A program made the translations under genes and the position numbers. The notes beneath the pieces were generated by a model. The model made no database searches, was not told the origin of the DNA, and saw only the letters and a program-made list of their open reading frames with translations. This document shows, piece by piece, positions 9,172-18,337 of a DNA stretch of 64,000 bases. The stretch is from contig CAJFHE010000010.1 of assembly GCA_904378095.1 (NCBI GenBank), positions 446-64,445 on the forward strand, given 5' to 3'. Source of the DNA: an uncultured Clostridia bacterium. GTDB lineage: Bacteria > Bacillota > Clostridia > TANB77 > CAG-508. Position 1 is the first letter of the stretch. The number at the start of each line of letters is the position of its first letter.

Positions 9172-10320
9172 CTATTCTTTCTGGGCGTCTTCTATACTTT
9201 TTTCTTTATTTTTATATTCAATAAAATCTGTAATTAGCAATTTCAATACTGCAATAACAGGAACTGATAAGAACATTCCCCAGAATCCAAAATATGCGCC
9301 ACCTAATGATACAGCAAATATTACTAGTAATGGACTTATTTTTAGTGAATTTCCCAATATTTTTGGATTTATTATATTAGCATCAATTTGTTGCAATATT
9401 GTTACTACTATAACCATAACCAATGCCTGCCAGAAGCCACCTGTTAACAAAGTAATCAAAGCAGCAAGTATCACAGCAATAATTGCTCCAAAATATGGAA
9501 TAAGATTAAATACACCTATCATAACTCCTAATAATACCGCATATTTTACTCCCATTATGGACATTGCTATTGAAGTTATTATTGCAATTACAATTCCGTC
9601 AAGCAACTGTCCTGCTAAGAAATTAAAGAAAATATTATTTGTTCTGTCAAAATATTTACCAAAGTTATTATATGTTCTTTCTTTAAAAATGGCTTTTCCT
9701 AATTTTTTAATAAATTCTAATATTTGCTTTCTTTCTAATAATAAATATACTGACACGATTATTGCTACAAAGAAATCAAAAATTTTACCAGCAACATTTA
9801 TAACACCTTTAGCATATTCAGCTAATTTATCCATGTTAACAAACTGCTTTAAGTCAATATTTTTTATACTTTCTATTACATCAAGCACAATTTCGTTCTT
9901 AAGTATAGAATCATCTGGCAAATTGTCTATGTTTGTAATTAGTGAATTATAATAAACTTGAATATTGCTCACCAAATCAATAATACTGCTTGAGACTATA
10001 GGCAGTAAATAATTAATTGCTATAATTAAAATAATTAGTACTATTATATATACAGTAAGAATAGAAAGTCCTCTTGCTCTCTTTTTTATAAATTTTAGCT
10101 TTTTACTTTTTTTATATATACTTTCTATTTTTCTACATGGTATGTATAATAAATATGCAATAAGCAAGCCAACGATAAATGGCATTAGCACATCTAAAAA
10201 GTTCTTTATCCAATTTCCAATTGCCGAAAAGTTATCTAAGGTTTTATAAACTAATATAACAGCCACGGCAAATAAAAACCAATAAAGCCATTTAGTGAGC
10301 TTCCTCTTATTATTTTCCAT
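9172..10320 (-). CDS. AI-2E (PerM/UPF0118) family transporter
   Basis: Multi-TM; NLIPYFGAIIA, QQIDANIINPKILG, LKISPLLVIFAV motifs. Confidence 0.9.
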   Translation of the reverse strand: MENNKRKLTKWLYWFLFAVAVILVYKTLDNFSAIGNWIKNFLDVLMPFIVGLLIAYLLYIPCRKIESIYKKSKKLKFIKKRARGLSILTVYIIVLIILIIAINYLLPIVSSSIIDLVSNIQVYYNSLITNIDNLPDDSILKNEIVLDVIESIKNIDLKQFVNMDKLAEYAKGVINVAGKIFDFFVAIIVSVYLLLERKQILEFIKKLGKAIFKERTYNNFGKYFDRTNNIFFNFLAGQLLDGIVIAIITSIAMSIMGVKYAVLLGVMIGVFNLIPYFGAIIAVILAALITLLTGGFWQALVMVIVVTILQQIDANIINPKILGNSLKISPLLVIFAVSLGGAYFGFWGMFLSVPVIAVLKLLITDFIEYKNKEKSIEDAQKE

Positions 10321-10378
10321 TACTATTTCCTTTCATTTTAAATATTTATACTATATTCAAAATATTCTATAATTATTA

Positions 10379-11146
10379 TTATATTTCTAAATCTAACCCT
10401 ACTGGACAATGGTCGCTGCCCATAACATCAGAAAAAATATAGCTTTCTTTTATTTTTTCTTCTACTGATTTAGAAACTATAAAATAATCTATTCTCCATC
10501 CTGCATTTTTTTCTCTTGCTTTAAACATATATGACCACCATGAATACATGCCAGTTTTGTCTGGATACAAATATCTAAAAGTATCTGTAAAACCAGAGTT
10601 AAGCAATTCTGTCATTTTATTTCTTTCTTCATCAGTAAAACCTGCATTTCTTCTATTCGTTTTGGGATTTTTTAAATCAATTTCCTCATGTGCAACATTT
10701 AAATCTCCGCACATTACAACTGGTTTTGTTTCATTTAATTTCAATAAATATTTTCTAAACTCATCTTCCCATATCATTCTATAATCTAATCTTTCCAATT
10801 CTCTCTTTGAATTTGGAGTATAGCAATTTACCAAATAAAACTTTTCAAACTCTAAAGTTATTACCCTTCCTTCTTTGTCATGCTCTTCTATTCCAATTCC
10901 ATAAGTAACATTAGTTGGCTTTACTTTAGAAAATACTGCTGTTCCAGAATAACCCTTCTTTTCGGCACTATTCCAATAACAATTATATTCTTTGAAAATT
11001 TCTTTTATTTTGTCATCAATTTGCTCTTCTTGCATTTTTGTCTCTTGAATACAAAAAATATCTGCATTTATTTCTTTAAAAAACTCCTCAAAACCTTTTG
11101 TTATAACTGCTCTTAAGCCATTTACATTCCATGAAACTAATTTCAT
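10379..11146 (-). CDS. xth: Exodeoxyribonuclease III
   Basis: SWNVNGLRA, IQETK, GYSGTA, CGDLNVAH, GWRIDYF, SDHCP. Confidence 0.97.
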   Translation of the reverse strand: MKLVSWNVNGLRAVITKGFEEFFKEINADIFCIQETKMQEEQIDDKIKEIFKEYNCYWNSAEKKGYSGTAVFSKVKPTNVTYGIGIEEHDKEGRVITLEFEKFYLVNCYTPNSKRELERLDYRMIWEDEFRKYLLKLNETKPVVMCGDLNVAHEEIDLKNPKTNRRNAGFTDEERNKMTELLNSGFTDTFRYLYPDKTGMYSWWSYMFKAREKNAGWRIDYFIVSKSVEEKIKESYIFSDVMGSDHCPVGLDLEI

Positions 11147-11170
11147 TTATTTCCTCCTTTTTACTCAAAA

Positions 11171-11196
11171 GAGGAGATGGTTATGCCCATCTCCTC
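11171..11196 (-). terminator. Intrinsic terminator after the G5-domain gene
   Basis: GAGGAGATGG/CCATCTCCTC 10-bp stem followed by TTTT on the minus strand. Confidence 0.75.
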
Positions 11197-11225
11197 CACT
11201 TTATTGCTTTTATTATATTTGCATT

Positions 11226-12236
11226 TTATAATGAATTAAAATATACATTTCCACCTATAATTTCACCTGAATGGTATCCTGCAGCTCTAAAAGATAAATA
11301 ATTATGATTTCTTTTACCATTTAGTGCATCTAATACAGCTTGTTTTACATATGATGGATAATTACCATTCAATCTTTTTCTCCAATGATTATCAATAGAA
11401 TAACAGAACTGACTTGGTGCTTTATATTGGCTTAATGGATCTGAGCCGTATTTTTTCCAACTGCTACTTTTTGTTCTGTTACATGCTGTTGTTATAACTG
11501 CTAAAGCTCCATTATAGCTTGAGCTACATTCTTGTGCAGTAATAGCACATAATAAATCTATTTCAGCACTAGAATAAGACCATGTACCATTGTTATATGT
11601 TGTTCTAGAGCTACTACTTCTTGTTGTAACTTGTTTTGTTCTAATTTCTACTATCTTATCTACTGGCTCTTTTACAACTTTTGATGAAATTTTAATTTTT
11701 TCTATTTCTTCACCATTTTGATATTTTACCTTATATGTTACTTCTCTTATACCATCTTTTCCTTCTTGTACAACTCTATCTTGTTTAGTACCGCTTCCTG
11801 TTGTAACATCTTTTGTTATTGTTTCATAAGGTATTTTTTCTTTCTCAACAACTATCTTCTCAATAATTGTACTATAATTATTCAATACATCTTCTGTTGT
11901 TATATCTGATGATTTTTCTACTTCCTCATTATCAGATATTTCAATATTTTCTGATTCTTTTGATATTATTATTGTATTATTATCAGATAATTCTTCACTT
12001 GTATTTGGTGTTACTTTTTCATCTTCTAATAATACAATATGATTTTCGTCTAAAATATCTTTGACACTAGTCTTAGTCGTTAAAACATCCATCTCGTATC
12101 CACTTGATAAAACTATTTTAACATTATTTACCTTGACATTTCCTGCCATTACGCCAACACTTAATAAGAAAATAAGTATAATACTAATACAAACAATCTT
12201 TTTCAGCGATATTGACGCTTTATCATTATTTTTCAT
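11226..12236 (-). CDS. YabE-like cell-wall enzyme: TM + DUF348-like + G5 + SleB/CwlJ-like (Hydrolase_2) domain
   Basis: G5 signature (VVQEGKDGIREVTY...KEPVDKIVEIRTK); C-terminal LLCAITAQE...AVITTACNR...QYKAPSQF resembles Hydrolase_2. Confidence 0.7.
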   Translation of the reverse strand: MKNNDKASISLKKIVCISIILIFLLSVGVMAGNVKVNNVKIVLSSGYEMDVLTTKTSVKDILDENHIVLLEDEKVTPNTSEELSDNNTIIISKESENIEISDNEEVEKSSDITTEDVLNNYSTIIEKIVVEKEKIPYETITKDVTTGSGTKQDRVVQEGKDGIREVTYKVKYQNGEEIEKIKISSKVVKEPVDKIVEIRTKQVTTRSSSSRTTYNNGTWSYSSAEIDLLCAITAQECSSSYNGALAVITTACNRTKSSSWKKYGSDPLSQYKAPSQFCYSIDNHWRKRLNGNYPSYVKQAVLDALNGKRNHNYLSFRAAGYHSGEIIGGNVYFNSL

Positions 12237-12272
12237 ACGAAATTTGTTCCCTCCTTTAAAAGCAACAAAATT

Positions 12273-12301
12273 ATTATAACATATAAATCCTTTCCTGTCA
12301 A
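12273..12301 (-). promoter_or_regulatory. Consensus sigma-A promoter for the G5-domain gene
   Basis: Minus strand TTGACA, 17 nt, TG-T-TATAAT. Confidence 0.75.
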
Positions 12302-12519
12302 ATTTTGGTCAAACTCTCTAAACATCTAGTCTATCAATGTTTTTATAACTTCATTCATTTTTTTAAAATTCGTATATTACTATTATATTCAGCTTGTACC
12401 ACAAATATGATATTTTTTTAAAATTTACAAAAAATTCACATATCTTCCTCATATTGTTGTATAATATGTATTAATATGTTATTATATAAGCAAATTTTAT
12501 GTAAGGAGGAAATAAGTTT

Positions 12520-13074
12520 ATGGTGTGGATTATACTTATAATAGTTGCTGTCATTATAATAGCTTTAATAGCACTTTACAACAGCTTAGTTACAATGAGA
12601 CTTAGAGTAAAAAACGCATGGAGCCAAATTGATGTCCAATTACAAAGAAGATTTGATTTAATTCCAAATCTTGTTGAAACTGTAAAAGGATATATGGAGC
12701 ATGAAGCTGATGTACTTACAAGGGTTACAGATTTACGCTCTTCATGGGCAGATGCAAAGACAGTTGATGAAAAAGCTAAATTAGATAATGAATTGTCTGA
12801 CACTTTAAAAACAATTATGGCTGTAGCAGAAAATTATCCAGATTTAAAAGCAAATCAAAACTTTTCTGAGCTACAAACAGAATTAACAAATACAGAAAAT
12901 AAAATTTCTTATTCTAGACAATTTTATAATGACACTGTAACAAGATATAATACTAAGCTAGAAGTTTTCCCTTCAAATATTATAGCATCAATGTTCCACT
13001 TCACAGCAGAAAGTTTATTTGAAGTTGATACTCCAGAAGCCAAAAAGAATGTAAAGGTTGATTTTGGTAAATAA
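12520..13074 (+). CDS. lemA: LemA family protein
   Basis: N-terminal TM; [43 protein letters not shown]. Confidence 0.95.
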   Translation: MVWIILIIVAVIIIALIALYNSLVTMRLRVKNAWSQIDVQLQRRFDLIPNLVETVKGYMEHEADVLTRVTDLRSSWADAKTVDEKAKLDNELSDTLKTIMAVAENYPDLKANQNFSELQTELTNTENKISYSRQFYNDTVTRYNTKLEVFPSNIIASMFHFTAESLFEVDTPEAKKNVKVDFGK

Positions 13075-13109
13075 TCAATTTTTATACTTATCATGCTTAC
13101 GCATAAATA

Positions 13110-13182
13110 GTTCCACGCGGCACATATATTTTCTATTCTAATACATGGAGAATAAAAAATGTATGTGCCAGCAAGATGGAGC
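13110..13182 (+). other. Extended stem-loop in the lemA-htpX intergenic region
   Basis: 13119-13132 pairs with 13156-13169 (14 bp, one G-U), with inner and outer helices. Confidence 0.55.
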
Positions 13183-13225
13183 GTACCTTATATAGACTAT
13201 TTTACAGAAGGAATGAAAATATATT

Positions 13226-14122
13226 ATGTATGAAGATATTAGAAAAAATAAAATAAAAACTGGTGTAATCGTAGCAATTTTTTTAGTAGTAATTACACTT
13301 ATTGTATATTATGTATGTATGGCCTTTGATTTAGGCTCTATGTCAATTGTAATAGCAATGGTCTTTTCTATTGCAACTTCATGGGCATCATACTATTATA
13401 GTGATAGAATTGTGCTTTCAGTAAACGGTGCACACCCTGCTACCGAAGAGCAATATCAAAAATTAAATAATATTTTAGATGGATTAATGGTTGCATCTGG
13501 CTTAGAGCATAGACCAAGACTATATGTTGTGGATGACCCTCAACCAAATGCATTTGCTACAGGAAGAAATCCAGCAAATTCTGTAATTTGTGTTACGACG
13601 GGTTTACTTGAAAAAATGGATTATTATGAATTAGAAGGTGTTGTTGCACATGAATTATCTCATATAAAGAATTATGATATTAGACTTTCGGCAGTTGTTA
13701 GTGTAATGGTAGGATTTATAGTTATGCTTGCAGATTTTGTTAGTAGAGCTCTATTTTGGGGAAGAGGCAGAGATAATGATAATAAAGGAAATCCAATTTT
13801 AATGATAATCGGTTTAATTTGCTTAATATTAGCCCCAATTTTTGGACAATTAATGCAACTTGCATTATCAAGACGTAGAGAGTATTTGGCTGATGCTAGT
13901 GCAGTTGAGCTTACAAGAAATCCAGATGGTTTAATATCTGCACTTCAAAAATTAGATAGTGATTCAAATGAATTAAAAACAGCCAATACCGCTACTGCAT
14001 ACATGTATATAGTAAGTCCATTTAAAGCAAATGCTAAAGGTGGGAAGAAAAGAAAATCTAGTTTATTTTCAACTCATCCATCTATAGATGACAGAATTGA
14101 AGCAATTAGAAATTTGAAATAA
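13226..14122 (+). CDS. htpX: HtpX-like M48 zinc metalloprotease
   Basis: PNAFATGRNP, HELSH (HExxH), SRRREYLADA, FSTHPSIDDRI. Confidence 0.93.
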   Translation: MYEDIRKNKIKTGVIVAIFLVVITLIVYYVCMAFDLGSMSIVIAMVFSIATSWASYYYSDRIVLSVNGAHPATEEQYQKLNNILDGLMVASGLEHRPRLYVVDDPQPNAFATGRNPANSVICVTTGLLEKMDYYELEGVVAHELSHIKNYDIRLSAVVSVMVGFIVMLADFVSRALFWGRGRDNDNKGNPILMIIGLICLILAPIFGQLMQLALSRRREYLADASAVELTRNPDGLISALQKLDSDSNELKTANTATAYMYIVSPFKANAKGGKKRKSSLFSTHPSIDDRIEAIRNLK

Positions 14123-14128
14123 GCTTAA

Positions 14129-14168
14129 AAACACGGGAGCAGATTTAAATCTGCTCCCGTGTTTCACT
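14129..14168. repeat. REP-like family B palindrome (may also act as a bidirectional terminator)
   Basis: Perfect loopless 36-bp palindrome AAACACGGGAGCAGATTT|AAATCTGCTCCCGTGTTT with TTTCACT at 14162-14168. Confidence 0.8.
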
Positions 14169-14171
14169 TTC

Positions 14172-14963
14172 TTAAATTTCAAAAATCTTACTTGCATTTT
14201 CGTACGTAATTTTTGCTATGTCTTCTAAACTCATTTGTTTAACATTTGCTATCTTCTCTGCAACATATTTTACATTTCTAGAATCATTGCGTTTTCCCCT
14301 ATTAGGCTCTGGTGATAAATATGGACTATCTGTCTCAATTAGTATTCTATCTAAAGGTACCATTTCTATAATTTCAGCAGCATTTTTTGAATTTTTAAAA
14401 GTTATAGGTCCTGCAAATGATATATAAAATCCAAGTTTTAAAGCCTCTTTTACTAATTCTCGATTTAATGGACAACAATGAAATACACCTTTTTTTATCA
14501 CTTCATGCTCTTTTAATATTTGAAGTGTATCCATTACTGCTTCTCTTGTGTGAATTACAATCGGCAAATTTAATTTATTAGCTAAATCTATTTGTTTTAT
14601 AAATGCTTTTCTTTGCAAAAGTCGTTTTTCTTCTTCTTTTTCCCAATAATAATCTAGACCTATTTCACCAATTGCCACTATTTTATTAAATTGCTTTTCG
14701 GTATTTATAAAGTCTGTTAGCTCTTGTAATTGCTTTTCTAGCAAGTCCTCTGTATCCGGTATATCATTTGGCGAAATTCCGGATATGGTATAAATCCAAT
14801 CATATTTTTTTGCAATTTCTAAGGCATATTTTGACGATTCTAGACTATACCCTGCATTAATCAATCTAGTTACACCGGATTCATATATCTTTTCAATTAA
14901 TTCATATCTATCATTATCAAATTTTTCATCATTATAATGAGCATGTGAATCAAAAAGTTGCAT
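14172..14963 (-). CDS. tatD: TatD family DNase
   Basis: DSHAH, AIGEIGLDYY, IVIHTREA, ILIETDSPYLSP. Confidence 0.95.
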   Translation of the reverse strand: MQLFDSHAHYNDEKFDNDRYELIEKIYESGVTRLINAGYSLESSKYALEIAKKYDWIYTISGISPNDIPDTEDLLEKQLQELTDFINTEKQFNKIVAIGEIGLDYYWEKEEEKRLLQRKAFIKQIDLANKLNLPIVIHTREAVMDTLQILKEHEVIKKGVFHCCPLNRELVKEALKLGFYISFAGPITFKNSKNAAEIIEMVPLDRILIETDSPYLSPEPNRGKRNDSRNVKYVAEKIANVKQMSLEDIAKITYENASKIFEI

Positions 14964-14982
14964 CTATAAGTTCCCCTTCCGA

Positions 14983-15384
14983 TTATTTTTCAATCAAAAC
15001 CACTGCACTGGCTACAGCAAAATCTCTAATATGTGAAATACTAACATCTATATTAATTAGTCTGACATTATCACCAGCTTTATTGATATTTTCTTTTAGC
15101 TTATCCACATTTATTTCAGGTTTTCCACTTTCGCTGTTAATTATTTCTATATCTTTCCAAATAACATCTTTTCTACCATCAATATATTCGGAAATTGCCT
15201 TAAACACAGCTTCCTTAGCAGCAAATCTAGCAGCAAAATGCTGATATTTCATTACCTCTGATTTATTGCAATATTCTATCTCTTTTTCCGTATATATTCT
15301 ATTTAAAAAGCTATCACCCATTTCGAGTATAGCTTCTTTAATTCTCTCTACTTCAATAATATCAATTCCAGTTGTAACTTTCAT
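14983..15384 (-). CDS. acpS: Holo-ACP synthase
   Basis: GIDIIEVERI, AARFAAKEAVFKA, SGKPEI, VSISH. Confidence 0.95.
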   Translation of the reverse strand: MKVTTGIDIIEVERIKEAILEMGDSFLNRIYTEKEIEYCNKSEVMKYQHFAARFAAKEAVFKAISEYIDGRKDVIWKDIEIINSESGKPEINVDKLKENINKAGDNVRLINIDVSISHIRDFAVASAVVLIEK

Positions 15385-15418
15385 TACATTATTATCTCCT
15401 TAATTTTAGATTAGTACT

Positions 15419-16672
15419 TTATGCCAAGCTTGCATATATGATTGTGAGCAAATTAATAATCAAAATCACTCCAACAATAACTACAGTCACTTTATTATTC
15501 TTTTTCATTTCTTCAACATTATATTTCTTATATGTAATATCATACTCATTTTTTAGCTTCATAAAAGCGTCTTCTACTTCTAAATTACTCATCCAATTTT
15601 GCTCTAATCTTCCACCAAATTCTTCATTTGTTATATCATGTATCCAAATCTTTTTTGTAAATTCTAAAAATTCTTTTTCTGCTCCTTTAAACCCACGGCT
15701 AAACTTATAATTTAGTTTATTTAACATCATTTTTTTGTATAGTATGAGCATATATGTATATAAATACTCACTTTCAAACTTTTGTGGTACTACCGTAAAA
15801 TTAGTGGTATTTACATTAGATGTGAGCAACACAGTGCTTGCCACTGTAAATCCATATCGTATATATTGGTTTTTATATATTGATTTTTTTTCTTTTAATC
15901 TATCATTTCCTTCAAAGGAATATTCATCATCAATTATTTGAGAATTTGCAGGTTGTACAGAGCGATATTTTTCAAACAAATTATCTAGCACTTGATTTTC
16001 TGCGTTTTCTTCCCAATCTTTTTGGTCTAAACAAGCATACGAATATACGAAAAATTTTTCATCACCTATATTGGCTTTTTTAGAAATAATATCATTTCCG
16101 GTAATTTCTTTAATTAGTACAGATATATCTTTTACATTTTTAAATGAGTTCGACTGAATTTTTATATTCTCATATTCTTTTAAATTGTATGCCTCTGAAT
16201 TTATTTCTCTAAATTTATAATTAAAATTCAAAATGTCTGAAAAGCTATTTGTATTCTCCAAATTTGTTTTAAATACTAGGAAACATATTCCAGAGCTAAA
16301 ACATACAATTTTTATCTCTGATATTTCAAAAAATATCCCATTATTTGTTTCAACTTTTCCTTGTAAATTCTCCGTAATTTGATAATTAAATATATTGCAA
16401 TCATGCTCTGCTAGTAAAGTAGATTGTACAGTTGTGTCTAATTTTTTAAAATCCTTAATTGCGTCTTTGCTTAGTCCAAAAGACCAAAACATATAGTCTC
16501 GAACAACTGGTAAAAAGTATGTGTATAAGTGTAAATCCTTTTGTTTATCAAAAAACCTTATCTTACACTTTGAGTTTCTTAATAAATTTTGTAAATAATT
16601 TTTATATTTTCCCTCTTCTAGCATATACGGATGAATAAAATACGTATATTGATATTTTGTCATAAGTTCCAA
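15419..16672 (-). CDS. Hypothetical protein with a single C-terminal TM helix
   Basis: 417-aa ORF with RBS, co-oriented in the operon; hydrophobic C-terminus; no family recognised with confidence. Confidence 0.75.
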   Translation of the reverse strand: MELMTKYQYTYFIHPYMLEEGKYKNYLQNLLRNSKCKIRFFDKQKDLHLYTYFLPVVRDYMFWSFGLSKDAIKDFKKLDTTVQSTLLAEHDCNIFNYQITENLQGKVETNNGIFFEISEIKIVCFSSGICFLVFKTNLENTNSFSDILNFNYKFREINSEAYNLKEYENIKIQSNSFKNVKDISVLIKEITGNDIISKKANIGDEKFFVYSYACLDQKDWEENAENQVLDNLFEKYRSVQPANSQIIDDEYSFEGNDRLKEKKSIYKNQYIRYGFTVASTVLLTSNVNTTNFTVVPQKFESEYLYTYMLILYKKMMLNKLNYKFSRGFKGAEKEFLEFTKKIWIHDITNEEFGGRLEQNWMSNLEVEDAFMKLKNEYDITYKKYNVEEMKKNNKVTVVIVGVILIINLLTIIYASLA

Positions 16673-16692
16673 AATTAATTCCTCCTATGTTC

Positions 16693-18222
16693 TTACTTAT
16701 CTGTAAAATAGTATAAATTTAAGTCCTCTCCAAGATGCCAGTTTCCAATAAATTCTACTAAAGTGTTATTATCTAAATTATATGAAGGTGCAACCGCTAC
16801 TTCTCCTCTAGAATTTATAGCTCCCCACAATCCATCTTTTTTTACACTTGCATATCCATAATCGTTTTGCTCTCTAGCATCATCATATATATAATTTACA
16901 ATAACATTACCATTTCTATCTACAAAGCCATACTTTCCTTCCTCATTTTGGCTTAAGAATAAAGTATTGCTACTTAATATATCTTTAGCTTCTCTTTCTT
17001 CAAATCTAAAGTTGTAATATTTATATTCATTATTTTGTCTAACTTTTAAATATCCACTTTCAGTATTTAATTCTGAAATAATTACATTTGATAGCCTAAC
17101 ATTCATATCTGTGTCCATTAAATCTGATGTATAATCTTCATTAGTTGCTTCATAGAAGTTTGCTACACTTCTATATACAATATTGGTATAATTAAAGTCT
17201 ACTAGTTTGTTTCCATTTGAATCCATTACTCCATATTTTCCGTCTTGACTTACAATGTAATTACTGCCTGTAGCATAAGAAATGCTATCATAATCTGGAT
17301 TTATTATAGCCTTATTATCTGCAATAGATACTACACCATATTTGTTATTTTCTTCTATTACTGCATTTTCCCCATTCACAGATACTATATTTTCATACTC
17401 TTCTGAAATGAATTCATTTCCATCTGTATCTACAATTTTCCAATCATTGCCTTCTTTTACAATATAATATTTTCCATTTCCATATGCTTGTTTTATATCA
17501 TCATATTTATTCTCTAGGGCAACTGTTTTAGTGTAATTAATTACACCATATTTATCATTCTCATCTACAACTATATATCCATTTTCGTATTGCTCTGATA
17601 TTGGTTTAATCTCTTTATATTCATTATTTATAATTACAGAGCCAACATTATCAACAATTCCATATTTTCCATCTTTTTCAGTAAGTAAACTGTTTGTTAC
17701 TCCTTTAAGAGCTGATATTGAGTCATATTCGCAATTTACCAAAATGCTTCCATTCATGTCTATTATGCCATATTTTCCATTTTGAGAAACCTTAAGAATT
17801 CCAGATTCATACCATAGATTGTTGCTACTATCATAATTTTCTATTGCCTCAACCGTGTCATAATCTGTTAATATCTCTTCTCCTTTTTCATTAAGCACTT
17901 TTGTATCATATGTACCATCATCATAATTTACATTTACTGTACATATAAATATTGGCTTTGTGCTATCTGGAATAACTATGTATTCATCATATTCTGCCCT
18001 GATTATTGTATTTCCTCTAGAATCTATTACTCTCCATTTTCCTTCAGTATATACTGGAAAATATTTTAACGCTACTGTTTTTTCTTGTGTTACACTCTCT
18101 GTGTTAAATAACTTGCTAATTCCTATTATAAACATTACAATTACTGCAATTGCTATGATAACAGCAAATACTTTTTTTACATTCAGCTTTTGCTCTCCAT
18201 CATATCTTTTTCCTCTACTCAT
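16693..18222 (-). CDS. WG repeat-containing membrane-anchored protein
   Basis: N-terminal TM; repeated GKYGIID/GKYGVMD/GKYGFVD...G...I..EYD units; start at ATG 18222 after GGAGGT. Confidence 0.85.
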   Translation of the reverse strand: MSRGKRYDGEQKLNVKKVFAVIIAIAVIVMFIIGISKLFNTESVTQEKTVALKYFPVYTEGKWRVIDSRGNTIIRAEYDEYIVIPDSTKPIFICTVNVNYDDGTYDTKVLNEKGEEILTDYDTVEAIENYDSSNNLWYESGILKVSQNGKYGIIDMNGSILVNCEYDSISALKGVTNSLLTEKDGKYGIVDNVGSVIINNEYKEIKPISEQYENGYIVVDENDKYGVINYTKTVALENKYDDIKQAYGNGKYYIVKEGNDWKIVDTDGNEFISEEYENIVSVNGENAVIEENNKYGVVSIADNKAIINPDYDSISYATGSNYIVSQDGKYGVMDSNGNKLVDFNYTNIVYRSVANFYEATNEDYTSDLMDTDMNVRLSNVIISELNTESGYLKVRQNNEYKYYNFRFEEREAKDILSSNTLFLSQNEEGKYGFVDRNGNVIVNYIYDDAREQNDYGYASVKKDGLWGAINSRGEVAVAPSYNLDNNTLVEFIGNWHLGEDLNLYYFTDK

Positions 18223-18308
18223 ACTGACCTCCAAAAGTGCATATTTTTTTACACATATACTATATCATATTTTAGGGTGTAATTACAACAAAATCATACA
18301 TTTTTCAC

Positions 18309-18337
18309 AAAAAAGTGAGCCAATGGCTCACTTTTTT
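18309..18337. terminator. Intrinsic terminator overlapping the spoIIE stop
   Basis: AAAAAAGTGAGCC-AAT-GGCTCACTTTTTT. Confidence 0.75.

Noticed and set aside
18020-18045. KWRV instead of KWGV in the first WG repeat as another recoding site
   Set aside because: Simple AGA/GGA substitution with no extra base or frame change
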